This document shows, piece by piece, positions 1 through 12,746 of a stretch of DNA of 64,000 bases. The notes under the pieces are model-generated. The model was given only the letters and a program-made list of their open reading frames with translations, had not been told where the DNA came from and did not search any database. Made by a program: the position numbers and the translations under genes. Numbering within the stretch: position 1 is the first letter of the stretch; each line of letters opens with the position of its first letter. The stretch spans positions 434,001 through 498,000 of the forward strand of contig OZ037840.1 in assembly GCA_964035575.1 (NCBI GenBank), in the 5' to 3' direction. The DNA is from Rhynchopus sp. YZ270_cl-10. Taxonomy: Eukaryota.

Positions 1-2463
1 TTCGATCAAAAGCGTCGGTTTTGCGCAAGAGAACGCGTTTCGATCAAAAGCGTCGGTTTTGCGCAAGAGAACGCGTTTCGATCAAAAGCGTCGGTTTTGC
101 GCAAGAGAACGCGTTTCGATCAAAAGCGTCGGTTTTTCGCAAGAGAACGCGTTTCGATCAAAAGCGTCGGTTTTGCGCAAGGGAACGCGTTTCGATCAAA
201 AGCGTCGGTTTTTCGCAAGAGAACGCGTTTCGATCAAAAGCGTCGGTTTTGCGCAAGGGAACGCGTTTCGATCAAAAGCGTCGGTTTTTCGCAAGAGAAC
301 GCGTTTCGATCAGAAGCGTCGGTTTTGCGCAAGGGAACGCGTTTCGGTCAAAAGCGTCGGTTTTTCGCAAGAGAACGCGTTCCGATCAAAACCGTCGGTT
401 TTGCGCAAGAGAACGCGTTTCGATCAAAAGCGTCGGTTTTGCGCAAGAGAAGGCGTTTCGATCAAAAGCGTCGGTTTTGCCCAAGAGAACGCGTTTCGAT
501 CAAAAGCGTCGGTTTTGCGCAAGAGAACGCGTTTCGATTAAAAGCGTCGGTTTTGCGCAAGAGAACGCGTTCCGATCAAAAGCGTCGGTTTTTCGCAAGA
601 GAACGCGTTCCGATCAAAAGCGTCGGTTTTTCGCAAGAGAACGCGTTCCGATCAAAAGCGTCGGTTTTTCGCAAGAGAACGCGTTTCGATCAAAAGCGTC
701 GGTTTTTCGCAAGAGAACGCGTTTCGATCAAAAGCGTCGGTTTTTCGCAAGAGAACGCGTTTCGATCAAAAGCGTCGGTTTTGCGCAAGAGAACGCGTTT
801 CGATCAAAAGCGTCGGTTTTTCGCAAGATAACGCGTTTCGATCAAAAGCGTCGGTTTTTCGCAAGATAACGCGTTCCGATCAAAAGCGTCGGTTTTTCGC
901 AAGATAACGCGTTCCGATCAAAAGCGTCGGTTTTTCGCAAGATAACGCGTTCCGATCAAAAGCGTCGGTTTTTCGCAAGAGAACGCGTTTCGATCAAAAG
1001 CGTCGGTTTTGCGCAAGGGAACGCGTTTCGATCAAAAGCGTCGGTTTTGCGCAAGAGAACGCGTTTCGATCAAAAGCGTCGGTTTTGCGCAAGGGAACGC
1101 GTTTCGGTCAAAAGCGTCGGTTTTTCGCAAGAGAACGCGTTTCGATCAAAAGCGTCGGTTTTTCGCAAGAGAACGCGTTCCGATCAAAAGCGTCGGTTTT
1201 GCGCAAGAGAACGCGTTTCGATCAAAAGCGTCGGTTTTTCGCAAGAGAACGCGTTCCGATCAAAAGCGTCGGTTTTTCGCAAGAGAACGCGTTTCGATCA
1301 AAAGCGTCGGTTTTGCGCAAGAGAACGCGTTTCGATCAAAAGCGTCGGTTTTTCGCAAGAGAACGCGTTCCGATCAAAAGCGTCGGTTTTGCGCAAGAGA
1401 ACGCGTTTCGATCAAAAGCGTCGGTTTTGCGCAAGAGAACGCGTTTCGATCAAAAGCGTCGGTTTTGCGCAAGAGAACGCGTTTCGATCAAAAGCGTCGG
1501 TTTTTCGCAAGAGAACGCGTTTCGATCAAAAGCGTCGGTTTTTCGCAAGAGAACGCGTTTCGATCAAAAGCGTCGGTTTTGCGCAAGGGAACGCGTTTCG
1601 ATCAAAAGCGTCGGTTTTTCGCAAGAGAACGCGTTTCGATCAAAAGCGTCGGTTTTGCGCAAGAGAACGCGTTTCGATCAAAAGCGTCGGTTTTGCGCAA
1701 GAGAACGCGTTTCGATCAAAAGCGTCGGTTTTTCGCAAGAGAACGCGTTTCGATCAAAAGCGTCGGTTTTGCGCAAGGGAACGCGTTTCGATCAAAAGCG
1801 TCGGTTTTTCGCAAGAGAACGCGTTTCGATCAAAAGCGTCGGTTTTGCGCAAGGGAACGCGTTTCGGTCAAAAGCGTCGGTTTTTCGCAAGAGAACGCGT
1901 TTCGATCAAAAGCGTCGGTTTTGCGCAAGAGAACGCGTTTCGATCAAAAGCGTCGGTTTTTCGCAAGAGAACGCGTTCCGATCAAAAGCGTCGGTTTTGC
2001 GCAAGAGAACGCGTTTCGATCAAAAGCGTCGGTTTTTCGCAAGAGAACGCGTTCCGATCAAAAGCGTCGGTTTTTCGCAAGAGAACGCGTTTCGATCAAA
2101 AGCGTCGGTTTTGCGCAAGAGAACGCGTTTCGATCAAAAGCGTCGGTTTTGCGCAAGAGAACGCGTTTCGATCAAAAGCGTCGGTTTTGCGCAAGAGAAC
2201 GCGTTTCGATCAAAAGCGTCGGTTTTTCGCAAGAGAACGCGTTTCGATCAAAAGCGTCGGTTTTGCGCAAGGGAACGCGTTTCGATCAAAAGCGTCGGTT
2301 TTTCGCAAGAGAACGCGTTTCGATCAGAAGCGTCGGTTTTGCGCAAGGGAACGCGTTTCGGTCAAAAGCGTCGGTTTTTCGCAAGAGAACGCGTTTCGAT
2401 CAAAAGCGTCGGTTTTGCGCAAGAGAACGCGTTTCGATCAAAAGCGTCGGTTTTTCGCAAGAG
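1..2463. repeat. 38-bp tandem satellite, block 1 (about 65 units, open at window start)
   Basis: Consensus AACGCGTT(T/C)CGATCAAAAGCGTCGGTTTT(G/T)CGCAAGAG repeated head-to-tail. Confidence 0.99.
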
Positions 2464-3099
2464 AATTCTAGAAAACACTTGTGTTTTCTAGTTTTTAAAG
2501 GTTGCTGTTCCGGCCACTCCCTCAGTCTCTAACCCCCCCTTCAGTCTCCCCCTCCCCCCTGCTGGATACGACCAAAAACCGGTTTTTTTTTGAGGGTGTA
2601 GAAGCTTCGCCCAGCCGAAAAAACGTTTTCTTTGGAAAGATCGGACACTTTTTGGGGCGTGTATAGGCTCAGCGAGGCTGGGAGCCCTTAGAGACCCTGA
2701 CACCAGGGTGTCACGAGTACCCCTTTTATACACGTGTTTCTTAAGGCTTCTACAGGGTTCTACAGGCAAAACAGGCGTTTTGGCCAAAAACCCGGTTTTT
2801 CAGGCAGGTGACCGGTTTTGCGGCTTGGGAAACGTGCCAGCGAGCTGTGAGAACCGTGCATGGGCCACACACGGCACGAGTTGCAGCAGCCCACCGAAGG
2901 TGGGCTGCGTTTGGTAACCACACGATGCGGTTAACGCGTGTATCGCACATGCATAGCGTTGTGTGTATCGTATACGAAGACCGTAGTGTGTAACGCACGT
3001 GTAGACCGTTCCGTTATCACAACCACACGAGCCAGCGAAGTGTCACAGCGGCGCAGGTGTTGCGTTAACGCGATGGCGTTAAACCCGTAGCATGCTTTC

Positions 3100-4335
3100 G
3101 TACAGATCGCTACGTACACATCGGTTGCGTTGCGTTGCATGCGTTGCGTTCGTTGCATACAGATCGCTACGTACGCATCGGTTGCGTTCGTTGCATACAG
3201 ATCGCTACGTACACATCGGTTGCGTTGCGTTGCATGCGTTGCGTTCGTTGCATACAGATCGCTACGTATGCATCGGTTGCGTTGCGTTGCATGCGTTGCG
3301 TTCGTTGCATACAGATCGCTACGTACACATCGGTTGCGTTGCGTTGCATGCGTTGCGTTCGTTGCATACAGATCGCTACGTATGCATCGGTTGCGTTGCG
3401 TTGCATGCGTTGCGTTCGTTGCATACAGATCGCTACGTACGCATCGGTTGCGTTGCGTTGCATGCGTTGCGTTCGTTGCATACAGATCGCTACGTACACA
3501 TCGGTTGCGTTGCGTTGCATGCGTTGCGTTGCGTTCGTTGCGTTGCGTTCGTTACATACAGATCGTAACGTACACATCGGTTGCGCTGCGTTGTATGCGT
3601 TGCGTTGGATACGTTGCGTTCGTTGCATACAGATCGCTACGTACACATCGGTTGCGTTGCGTTGCATGCGTTGCGTTGCGTTCGTTGCGTTGCGTTCGTT
3701 ACATACAGATCGTAACGTACACATCGGTTGCGCTGCGTTGTATGCGTTGCGTTGGATACGTTGCGTTCGTTGCATACAGATCGCTACGTACACATCGGTT
3801 GCGTTGCGTTGCATGCGTTGCGTTGCGTTGCATTCGTTGCATACAGATCGTAACGTACACATCGGTTGCGCTGCGTTGCATGCGTTGCGTTCGTTGCATA
3901 CAGATCGCTACGTACGCATCGGTTGCGTTCGTTGCATACAGATCGCTACGTACACATCGGTTGCGTTGCGTTGCATGCGTTGCGTTCGTTGCATACAGAT
4001 CGCTACGTATGCATCGGTTGCGTTGCGTTGCATGCGTTGCGTTCGTTGCATACAGATCGCTACGTACACATCGGTTGCGTTGCGTTCGTTGCGTTGCGTT
4101 CGTTACATACAGATCGTAACGTACACATCGGTTGCGCTGCGTTGCATGCGTTGCGTTGGATACGTTGCGTTCGTTACATACAGATCGCTACGTACACATC
4201 GGTTGCGTTGCGTTGCATGCGTTGCGTTGCGTTCGTTGCGTTGCGTTCGTTACATACAGATCGTAACGTACACATCGGTTGCGTTGCGTTGCATGCGTTG
4301 CGTTCGTTGCGTTGCGTTCGTTGCATACAGATCGT
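3100..4335. repeat. Variable-length minisatellite (mostly 57 bp) with (GCGTT)n internal microsatellite
   Basis: Unit TACAGATCGCTACGTACACATCGGTTGCGTTGCGTTGCATGCGTTGCGTTCGTTGCA; unit length varies with the number of GCGTT-type pentamers. Confidence 0.97.
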
Positions 4336-4421
4336 ATCGAAAACGTAGAGCGTTACGTGCAAACCATACACAGACCGTTTGACACACCAGCCAGCGAAGT
4401 GTTTTCAAGACCGTCAACTCA

Positions 4422-7400
4422 AATGCGTTTCGATCAAAAGCGTCGGTTTTGCGCAAGAGAACGCGTTTCGATCAAAAGCGTCGGTTTTGCCCAAGAGAAC
4501 GCGTTTCGATCAAAAGCGTCGGTTTTGCGCAAGAGAACGCGTTTCGATCAAAAGCGTCGGTTTTGCGCAAGAGAACGCGTTTCGATCAAAAGCGTCGGTT
4601 TTTCGCAAGAGAATGCGTTTCGATCAAAAGCGTCGGTTTTGCGCAAGAGAACGCGTTTCGATCAAAAGCGTCGGTTTTGCGCAAGAGAATGCGTTTCGAT
4701 CAAAAGCGTCGGTTTTGCCCAAGAGAACGCGTTTCGATCAAAAGCGTCGGTTTTGCGCAAGAGAATGCGTTTCGATCAAAAGCGTCGGTTTTTCGCAAGA
4801 GAACGCGTTCCGATCAAAAGCGTCGGTTTTGCGCAAGAGAACGCGTTTCGATCAAAAGCGTCGGTTTTGCGCAAGAGAACGCGTTCCGATCAAAAGCGTC
4901 GGTTTTGCGCAAGAGAACGCGTTTCGATCAAAAGCGTCGGTTTTGCCCAAGAGAACGCGTTTCGATCAAAAGCGTCGGTTTTGCGCAAGAGAACGCGTTT
5001 CGATCAAAAGCGTCGGTTTTGCGCAAGAGAACGCGTTTCGATCAAAAGCGTCGGTTTTGCGCAAGAGAACGCGTTTCGATCAAAAGCGTCGGTTTTGCCC
5101 AAGAGAACGCGTTTCGATCAAAAGCGTCGGTTTTTCGCAAGAGAACGCGTTTCGATCAAAAGCGTCGGTTTTGCGCAAGAGAACGCGTTTCGATCAAAAG
5201 CGTCGGTTTTGCGCAAGAGAAGGCGTTTCGATCAAAAGCGTCGGTTTTGCCCAAGAGAACGCGTTTCGATCAAAAGCGTCGGTTTTGCGCAAGAGAACGC
5301 GTTTCGATTAAAAGCGTCGGTTTTGCGCAAGAGAACGCGTTCCGATCAAAAGCGTCGGTTTTTCGCAAGAGAACGCGTTCCGATCAAAAGCGTCGGTTTT
5401 TCGCAAGAGAACGCGTTCCGATCAAAAGCGTCGGTTTTTCGCAAGAGAACGCGTTTCGATCAAAAGCGTCGGTTTTTCGCAAGAGAACGCGTTCCGATCA
5501 AAAGCGTCGGTTTTTCGCAAGAGAACGCGTTTCGATCAAAAGCGTCGGTTTTTCGCAAGAGAACGCGTTTCGATCAAAAGCGTCGGTTTTGCGCAAGAGA
5601 ACGCGTTCCGATCAAAAGCGTCGGTTTTTCGCAAGATAACGCGTTCCGATCAAAAGCGTCGGTTTTTCGCACGAGAACGCGTTTCGATCAAAAGCGTCGG
5701 TTTTTCGCAAGAGAACGCGTTTCGATCAAAAGCGTCGGTTTTGCGCAAGAGAACGCGTTCCGATCAAAAGCGTCGGTTTTGCGCAAGAGAACGCGTTTCG
5801 ATCAAAAGCGTCGGTTTTGCGCAAGGGAACGCGTTTCGATCAAAAGCGTCGGTTTTTCGCAAGAGAACGCGTTTCGATCAAAAGCGTCGGTTTTGCGCAA
5901 GAGAACGCGTTTCGATCAAAAGCCTCGGTTTTGCGCAAGAGAACGCGTTCCGATCAAAAGCGTCGGTTTTTCGCAAGAGAACGCGTTCCGATCAAAAGCG
6001 TCGGTTTTTCGCAAGAGAACGCGTTCCGATCAAAAGCGTCGGTTTTTCGCAAGAGAACGCGTTTCGATCAAAAGCGTCGGTTTTTCGCAAGAAAACGCGT
6101 TCCGATCAAAAGCGTCGGTTTTTCGCAAGAAAACGCGTTCCAATCATAAGCGTCGGTTTTTCGCAAGAGAACGCGTTTCGATCAAAAGCGTCGGTTTTTC
6201 GCAAGAGAACGCGTTTCGATCAAAAGCGTCGGTTTTGCGCAAGAGAACGCGTTTCGATCAAAAGCGTCGGTTTTTCGCAAGAGAACGCGTTTCGATCAAA
6301 AGCGTCGGTTTTGCGCAAGAGAACGCGTTTCGATCAAAAGCGTCGGTTTTGCGCAAGATAACGCGTTCCGATCAAAAGCGTCGGTTTTTCGCAAGAGAAC
6401 GCGTTCCGATCAAAAGCGTCGGTTTTTCGCAAGAGAACGCGTTTCGATCAAAAGCGTCGGTTTTTCGCAAGAGAACGCGTTCCGATCAAAAGCGTCGGTT
6501 TTGCGCAAGAGAACGCGTTTCGATCAAAAGCGTCGGTTTTGCGCAAGGGAACGCGTTTCGATCAAAAGCGTCGGTTTTTCGCAAGAGAACGCGTTTCGAT
6601 CAAAAGCGTCGGTTTTGCGCAAGAGAACGCGTTTCGATCAAAAGCGTCGGTTTTTCGCAAGAGAACGCGTTTCGATCAAAAGCGTCGGTTTTGCGCAAGG
6701 GAACGCGTTTCGATCAAAAGCGTCGGTTTTTCGCAAGAGAACGCGTTTCGATCAAAAGCGTCGGTTTTGCGCAAGGGAACGCGTTTCGGTCAAAAGCGTC
6801 GGTTTTTCGCAAGAGAACGCGTTTCGATCAAAAGCGTCGGTTTTGCGCAAGAGAACGCGTTCCGATCAAAACCGTCGGTTTTGCGCAAGAGAACGCGTTT
6901 CGATCAAAAGCGTCGGTTTTGCCCAAGAGAACGCGTTTCGATCAAAAGCGTCGGTTTTTCGCAAGAGAATGCGTTTCGATCAAAAGCGTCGGTTTTGCGC
7001 AAGAGAACGCGTTTCGATCAAAAGCGTCGGTTTTGCCCAAGAGAACGCGTTTCGATCAAAAGCGTCGGTTTTGCGCAAGAGAACGCGTTTCGATCAAAAG
7101 CGTCGGTTTTGCGCAAGAGAACGCGTTTCGATCAAAAGCGTCGGTTTTTCGCAAGAGAATGCGTTTCGATCAAAAGCGTCGGTTTTGCGCAAGAGAACGC
7201 GTTTCGATCAAAAGCGTCGGTTTTGCGCAAGAGAATGCGTTTCGATCAAAAGCGTCGGTTTTGCCCAAGAGAACGCGTTTCGATCAAAAGCGTCGGTTTT
7301 GCGCAAGAGAACGCGTTTCGATCAAAAGCGTCGGTTTTGCGCAAGGGAACGCGTTTCGATCAAAAGCGTCGGTTTTGCGCAAGAGAACGCGTTTCGATCA

Positions 7401-8905
7401 AAAGCGTCGGTTTTTCGCAAGAGAATGCGTTTCGATCAAAAGCGTCGGTTTTTCGCAAGAGAACGCGTTTCGATCAAAAGCGTCGGTTTTTCGCAAGAGA
7501 ACGCGTTTCGATCAAAAGCGTCGGTTTTGCGCAAGAGAACGCGTTCCGATCAAAAGCGTCGGTTTTGCGCAAGAGAACGCGTTTCGATCAAAAGCGTCGG
7601 TTTTGCGCAAGAGAACGCGTTTCGATCAAAAGCGTCGGTTTTTCGCAAGAGAACGCGTTCCGATCAAAAGCGTCGGTTTTGCGCAAGAGAACGCGTTTCG
7701 ATCAAAAGCGTCGGTTTTGCCCAAGAGAACGCGTTTCGATCAAAAGCGTCGGTTTTGCGCAAGAGAACGCGTTTCGATCAAAAGCGTCGGTTTTGCGCAA
7801 GAGAACGCGTTTCGATCAAAAGCGTCGGTTTTGCCCAAGAGAACGCGTTTCGATCAAAAGCGTCGGTTTTGCGCAAGAGAACGCGTTTCGATGAAAAGCG
7901 TCGGTTTTTCGCAAGAGAACGCGTTTCGATCAAAAGCGTCGGTTTTGCGCAAGAGAACGCGTTTCGATCAAAAGCGTCGGTTTTGCGCAAGGGAACGCGT
8001 TTCGATCAAAAGCGTCGGTTTTGCGCAAGAGAACGCGTTTCGATCAAAAGCGTCGGTTTTTCGCAAGAGAACGCGTTTCGATCAAAAGCGTCGGTTTTGC
8101 GCAAGAGAACGCGTTCCGATCAAAAGCGTCGGTTTTGCGCAAGAGAACGCGTTTCGATCAAAAGCGTCGGTTTTGCCCAAGAGAACGCGTTTCGATCAAA
8201 AGCGTCGGTTTTGCGCAAGAGAACGCGTTTCGATCAAAAGCGTCGGTTTTGCGCAAGAGAAGGCGTTTCGATCAAAAGCGTCGGTTTTGCGCAAGAGAAC
8301 GCGTTTCGATCAAAAGCGTCGGTTTTGCGCAAGGGAACGCGTTTCGATCAAAAGCGTCGGTTTTGCGCAAGAGAACGCGTTTCGATGAAAAGCGTCGGTT
8401 TTTCGCAAGAGAACGCGTTTCGATCAAAAGCGTCGGTTTTGCGCAAGAGAACGCGTTTCGATCAAAAGCGTCGGTTTTGCGCAAGGGAACGCGTTTCGAT
8501 CAAAAGCGTCGGTTTTGCGCAAGAGAACGCGTTTCGATCAAAAGCGTCGGTTTTTCGCAAGAGAACGCGTTTCGATCAAAAGCGTCGGTTTTGCGCAAGA
8601 GAACGCGTTTCGATCAAAAGCGTCGGTTTTGCGCAAGGGAACGCGTTTCGATCAAAAGCGTCGGTTTTGCGCAAGAGAACGCGTTTCGATCAAAAGCGTC
8701 GGTTTTTCGCAAGAGAACGCGTTTCGATCAAAAGCGTCGGTTTTGCGCAAGGGAACGCGTTTCGATCAAAAGCGTCGGTTTTGCGCAAGAGAACGCGTTC
8801 CGATCAAAAGCGTCGGTTTTTCGCAAGAGAACGCGTTTCAATCAAAAGCGTCGGTTTTTCGCAAGAGAACGCGTTTCGATCAAAAGCGTCGGTTTTGCGC
8901 AAGAG
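4422..8905. repeat. 38-bp tandem satellite, block 2 (118 units)
   Basis: 4484 bp = 118 x 38. Confidence 0.99.
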
Positions 8906-9344
8906 TAGCTATTTCCCTCCCTCCCGCCAGAGCCCGAGGGATCCCTTGAGGGAGGTCAGGGCAGCCCGAGGGCCGAAGGCCCGAGGGCGCCCTGACCTCC
9001 CGAAAGGGAATCCCGAGGGCCAAGGGAGGGAGGGATGTAGCTTTGTGACCCGAAGAGGTCGTTTTCTACCCGAACTGCCTGCAAACAAGCGCTTTTGTGG
9101 TGTTTTGTGTACAAACACGTATGTTTTTCGGCCCACATGGGTACCATCGTTTGTGGCCCACGGACGCCCAAAAGCATGCGAATACGCTTTTCGAGTCGCA
9201 GAAACCAGGTTGTGGGCCGTTTTAAAAAGTTTTTGGCCGGTTTCAGTCACCAAAACGCACATTCTCTCGCGGGAATTTTTGGTGCTCTCAAGGGAATCCT
9301 CTTAGCTCTCAAGGGAATCCCTTGAGACCTCTGGAGGGTTACAA
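8906..9344. mobile_element. 439-bp insert in the satellite, copy 1 (non-autonomous element-like)
   Basis: Apparently identical copy at 12308-12746. Imperfect subterminal inverted repeats (GGATCCCTTGAGGGAG / CTCTCAAGGGAATCC). Palindrome TCTCAAGGGA-A-TCCCTTGAGA at 9307-9327. No TSD. Confidence 0.6.
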
Positions 9345-12307
9345 AACGCGTTCCGATCAAAAGCGTCGGTTTTTCGCAAGAGAACGCGTTTCGGTCAAAA
9401 GCGTCGGTTTTGCGCAAGGGAACGCGTTCCGATCAAAAGCGTCGGTTTTGCGCAAGAGAACGCGTTTCGATCAAAAGCGTCGGTTTTGCGCAAGAGAACG
9501 CGTTTCGATCAAAAGCGTCGGTTTTTCGCAAGAGAACGCGTTTCGATCAAAAGCGTCGGTTTTGCGCAAGAGAACGCGTTCCGATCAAAAGCGTCGGTTT
9601 TTCGCAAGAGAACGCGTTTCGATCAAAAGCGTCGGTTTTTCGCAAGAGAACGCGTTTCGATCAAAAGCGTCGGTTTTTCGCAAGAGAACGCGTTTCGATC
9701 AAAAGCGTCGGTTTTTCGCAAGAGAACGCGTTTCAATCAAAAGCGTCGGTTTTTCGCAAGAGAACGCGTTTCGATCAAAAGCGTCGGTTTTTCGCAAGAG
9801 AACGCGTTTCGATCAAAAGCGTCGGTTTTTCGCAAGAGAACGCGTTTCGATCAAAAGCGTCGGTTTTGCGCAAGAGAACGCGTTCCGATCAAAAGCGTCG
9901 GTTTTGCGCAAGAGAACGCGTTTCGATTAAAAGCGTCGGTTTTGCGCAAGAGAACGCGTTTCGATCAAAAGCGTCGGTTTTGCGCAAGAGAACGCGTTCC
10001 GATCAAAAGCGTCGGTTTTTCGCAAGAGAACGCGTTCCGATCAAAAGCGTCGGTTTTGCGCAAGAGAACGCGTTTCGATCAAAAGCGTCGGTTTTTCGCA
10101 AGAGAACGCGTTTCGATGAAAAGCGTCGGTTTTTCGCAAGAGAACGCGTTTCGATCAAAAGCGTCGGTTTTGCCCAAGAGAACGCGTTTCGATCAAAAGC
10201 GTCGGTTTTTCGCAAGAGAATGCGTTTCGATCAAAAGCGTCGGTTTTGCGCAAGAGAACGCGTTTCGATCAAAAGCGTCGGTTTTGCGCAAGGGAACGCG
10301 TTTCGATCAAAAGCGTCGGTTTTGCGCAAGAGAACGCGTTTCGATCAAAAGCGTCGGTTTTTCGCAAGAGAACGCGTTCCGATCAAAAGCGTCGGTTTTG
10401 CGCAAGAGAACGCGTTCCGATCAAAAGCGTCGGTTTTGCGCAAGAGAACGCGTTTCGATCAAAAGCGTCGGTTTTGCGCAAGGGAACGCGTTTCGATCAA
10501 AAGCGTCGGTTTTTCGCAAGAGAACGCGTTTCGATCAAAAGCGTCGGTTTTGCGCAAGAGAACGCGTTCCGATCAAAAGCGTCGGTTTTTCGCAAGAGAA
10601 CGCGTTCCGATCAAAAGCGTCGGTTTTTCGCAAGAGAACGCGTTCCGATCAAAAGCGTCGGTTTTTCGCAAGAGAACGCGTTTCGATCAAAAGCGTCGGT
10701 TTTTCGCAAGAGAACGCGTTCCGATCAAAAGCGTCGGTTTTTCGCAAGAAAACGCGTTCCGATCAAAAGCGTCGGTTTTTCGCAAGAAAACGCGTTCCAA
10801 TCATAAGCGTCGGTTTTTCGCAAGAGAACGCGTTTCGATCAAAAGCGTCGGTTTTTCGCAAGAGAACGCGTTTCGATCAAAAGCGTCGGTTTTGCGCAAG
10901 GGAACGCGTTTCGATCAAAAGCGTCGGTTTTTCGCAAGATAACGCGTTCCGATCAAAAGCGTCGGTTTTTCGCAAGAGAACGCGTTTCGATCAAAAGCGT
11001 CGGTTTTGCGCAAGAGAACGCGTTTCGATCAAAAGCGTCGGTTTTGCGCAAGAGAACGCGTTCCGATCAAAAGCGTCGGTTTTTCGCAAGAGAACGCGTT
11101 CCGATCAAAAGCGTCGGTTTTTCGCAAGAGAACGCGTTTCGATCAAAAGCGTCGGTTTTTCGCAAGAGAACGCGTTCCGATCAAAAGCGTCGGTTTTGCG
11201 CAAGAGAACGCGTTTCGATCAAAAGCGTCGGTTTTTCGCAAGAGAACGCGTTCCGATCAAAAGCGTCGGTTTTGCCCAAGAGAACGCGTTTCGATCAAAA
11301 GCGTCGGTTTTGCGCAAGAGAACGCGTTTCGATCAAAAGCGTCGGTTTTGCCCAAGAGAACGCGTTTCGATCAAAAGCGTCGGTTTTGCGCAAGAGAACG
11401 CGTTTCGATCAAAAGCGTCGGTTTTGCGCAAGGGAACGCGTTTCGATCAAAAGCGTCGGTTTTGCGCAAGAGAACGCGTTTCGATGAAAAGCGTCGGTTT
11501 TTCGCAAGAGAACGCGTTTCGATCAAAAGCGTCGGTTTTGCGCAAGAGAACGCGTTTCGATCAAAAGCGTCGGTTTTGCGCAAGGGAACGCGTTTCGATC
11601 AAAAGCGTCGGTTTTGCGCAAGAGAACGCGTTTCGATCAAAAGCGTCGGTTTTTCGCAAGAGAACGCGTTTCGATCAAAAGCGTCGGTTTTGCGCAAGAG
11701 AACGCGTTTCGATCAAAAGCGTCGGTTTTGCGCAAGGGAACGCGTTTCGATCAAAAGCGTCGGTTTTGCGCAAGAGAACGCGTTTCGATCAAAAGCGTCG
11801 GTTTTTCGCAAGAGAACGCGTTTCGATCAAAAGCGTCGGTTTTGCGCAAGGGAACGCGTTTCGATCAAAAGCGTCGGTTTTTCGCAAGAGAACGCGTTTC
11901 GATCAAAAGCGTCGGTTTTGCGCAAGAGAACGCGTTTCGATCAAAAGCGTCGGTTTTGCGCAAGGGAACGCGTTCGATCAAAAGCGTCGGTTTTGCGCAA
12001 GAGAACGCGTTTCGATCAAAAGCGTCGGTTTTGCGCAAGAGAACGCGTTTCGATCAAGAGCGTCGGTTTTGCGCAAGAGAACGCGTTTCGATCAAAAGCG
12101 TCGGTTTTTCGCAAGAGAACGCGTTTCGATCAAAAGCGTCGGTTTTGCGCAAGAGAACGCGTTTCGATCAAAAGCGTCGGTTTTTCGCAAGAGAACGCGT
12201 TTCGATCAAAAGCGTCGGTTTTTCGCAAGAGAACGCGTTTCAATCAAAAGCGTCGGTTTTTCGCAAGAGAACGCGTTTCGATCAAAAGCGTCGGTTTTGC
12301 GCAAGAG
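9345..12307. repeat. 38-bp tandem satellite, block 3 (78 units, one 1-bp deletion near 11973)
   Basis: 2963 bp = 78 x 38 - 1. Confidence 0.99.
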
Positions 12308-12746
12308 TAGCTATTTCCCTCCCTCCCGCCAGAGCCCGAGGGATCCCTTGAGGGAGGTCAGGGCAGCCCGAGGGCCGAAGGCCCGAGGGCGCCCTGACCT
12401 CCCGAAAGGGAATCCCGAGGGCCAAGGGAGGGAGGGATGTAGCTTTGTGACCCGAAGAGGTCGTTTTCTACCCGAACTGCCTGCAAACAAGCGCTTTTGT
12501 GGTGTTTTGTGTACAAACACGTATGTTTTTCGGCCCACATGGGTACCATCGTTTGTGGCCCACGGACGCCCAAAAGCATGCGAATACGCTTTTCGAGTCG
12601 CAGAAACCAGGTTGTGGGCCGTTTTAAAAAGTTTTTGGCCGGTTTCAGTCACCAAAACGCACATTCTCTCGCGGGAATTTTTGGTGCTCTCAAGGGAATC
12701 CTCTTAGCTCTCAAGGGAATCCCTTGAGACCTCTGGAGGGTTACAA
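12308..12746. mobile_element. 439-bp insert in the satellite, copy 2
   Basis: Duplicate of 8906-9344 at offset 3402 with similar flanking monomer variants. Confidence 0.6.

Noticed and set aside
1..40. CENP-B box in the monomer
   Set aside because: TTCG....A is present, but the required CGGG at the correct spacing is not.
2464..2920. Canonical Helitron end
   Set aside because: A hairpin is present, but no correctly placed CTRR end or A/T insertion junction was found.
3092..4382. Cys/Arg-rich ORFs
   Set aside because: Translations of the (GCGTT)n minisatellite.
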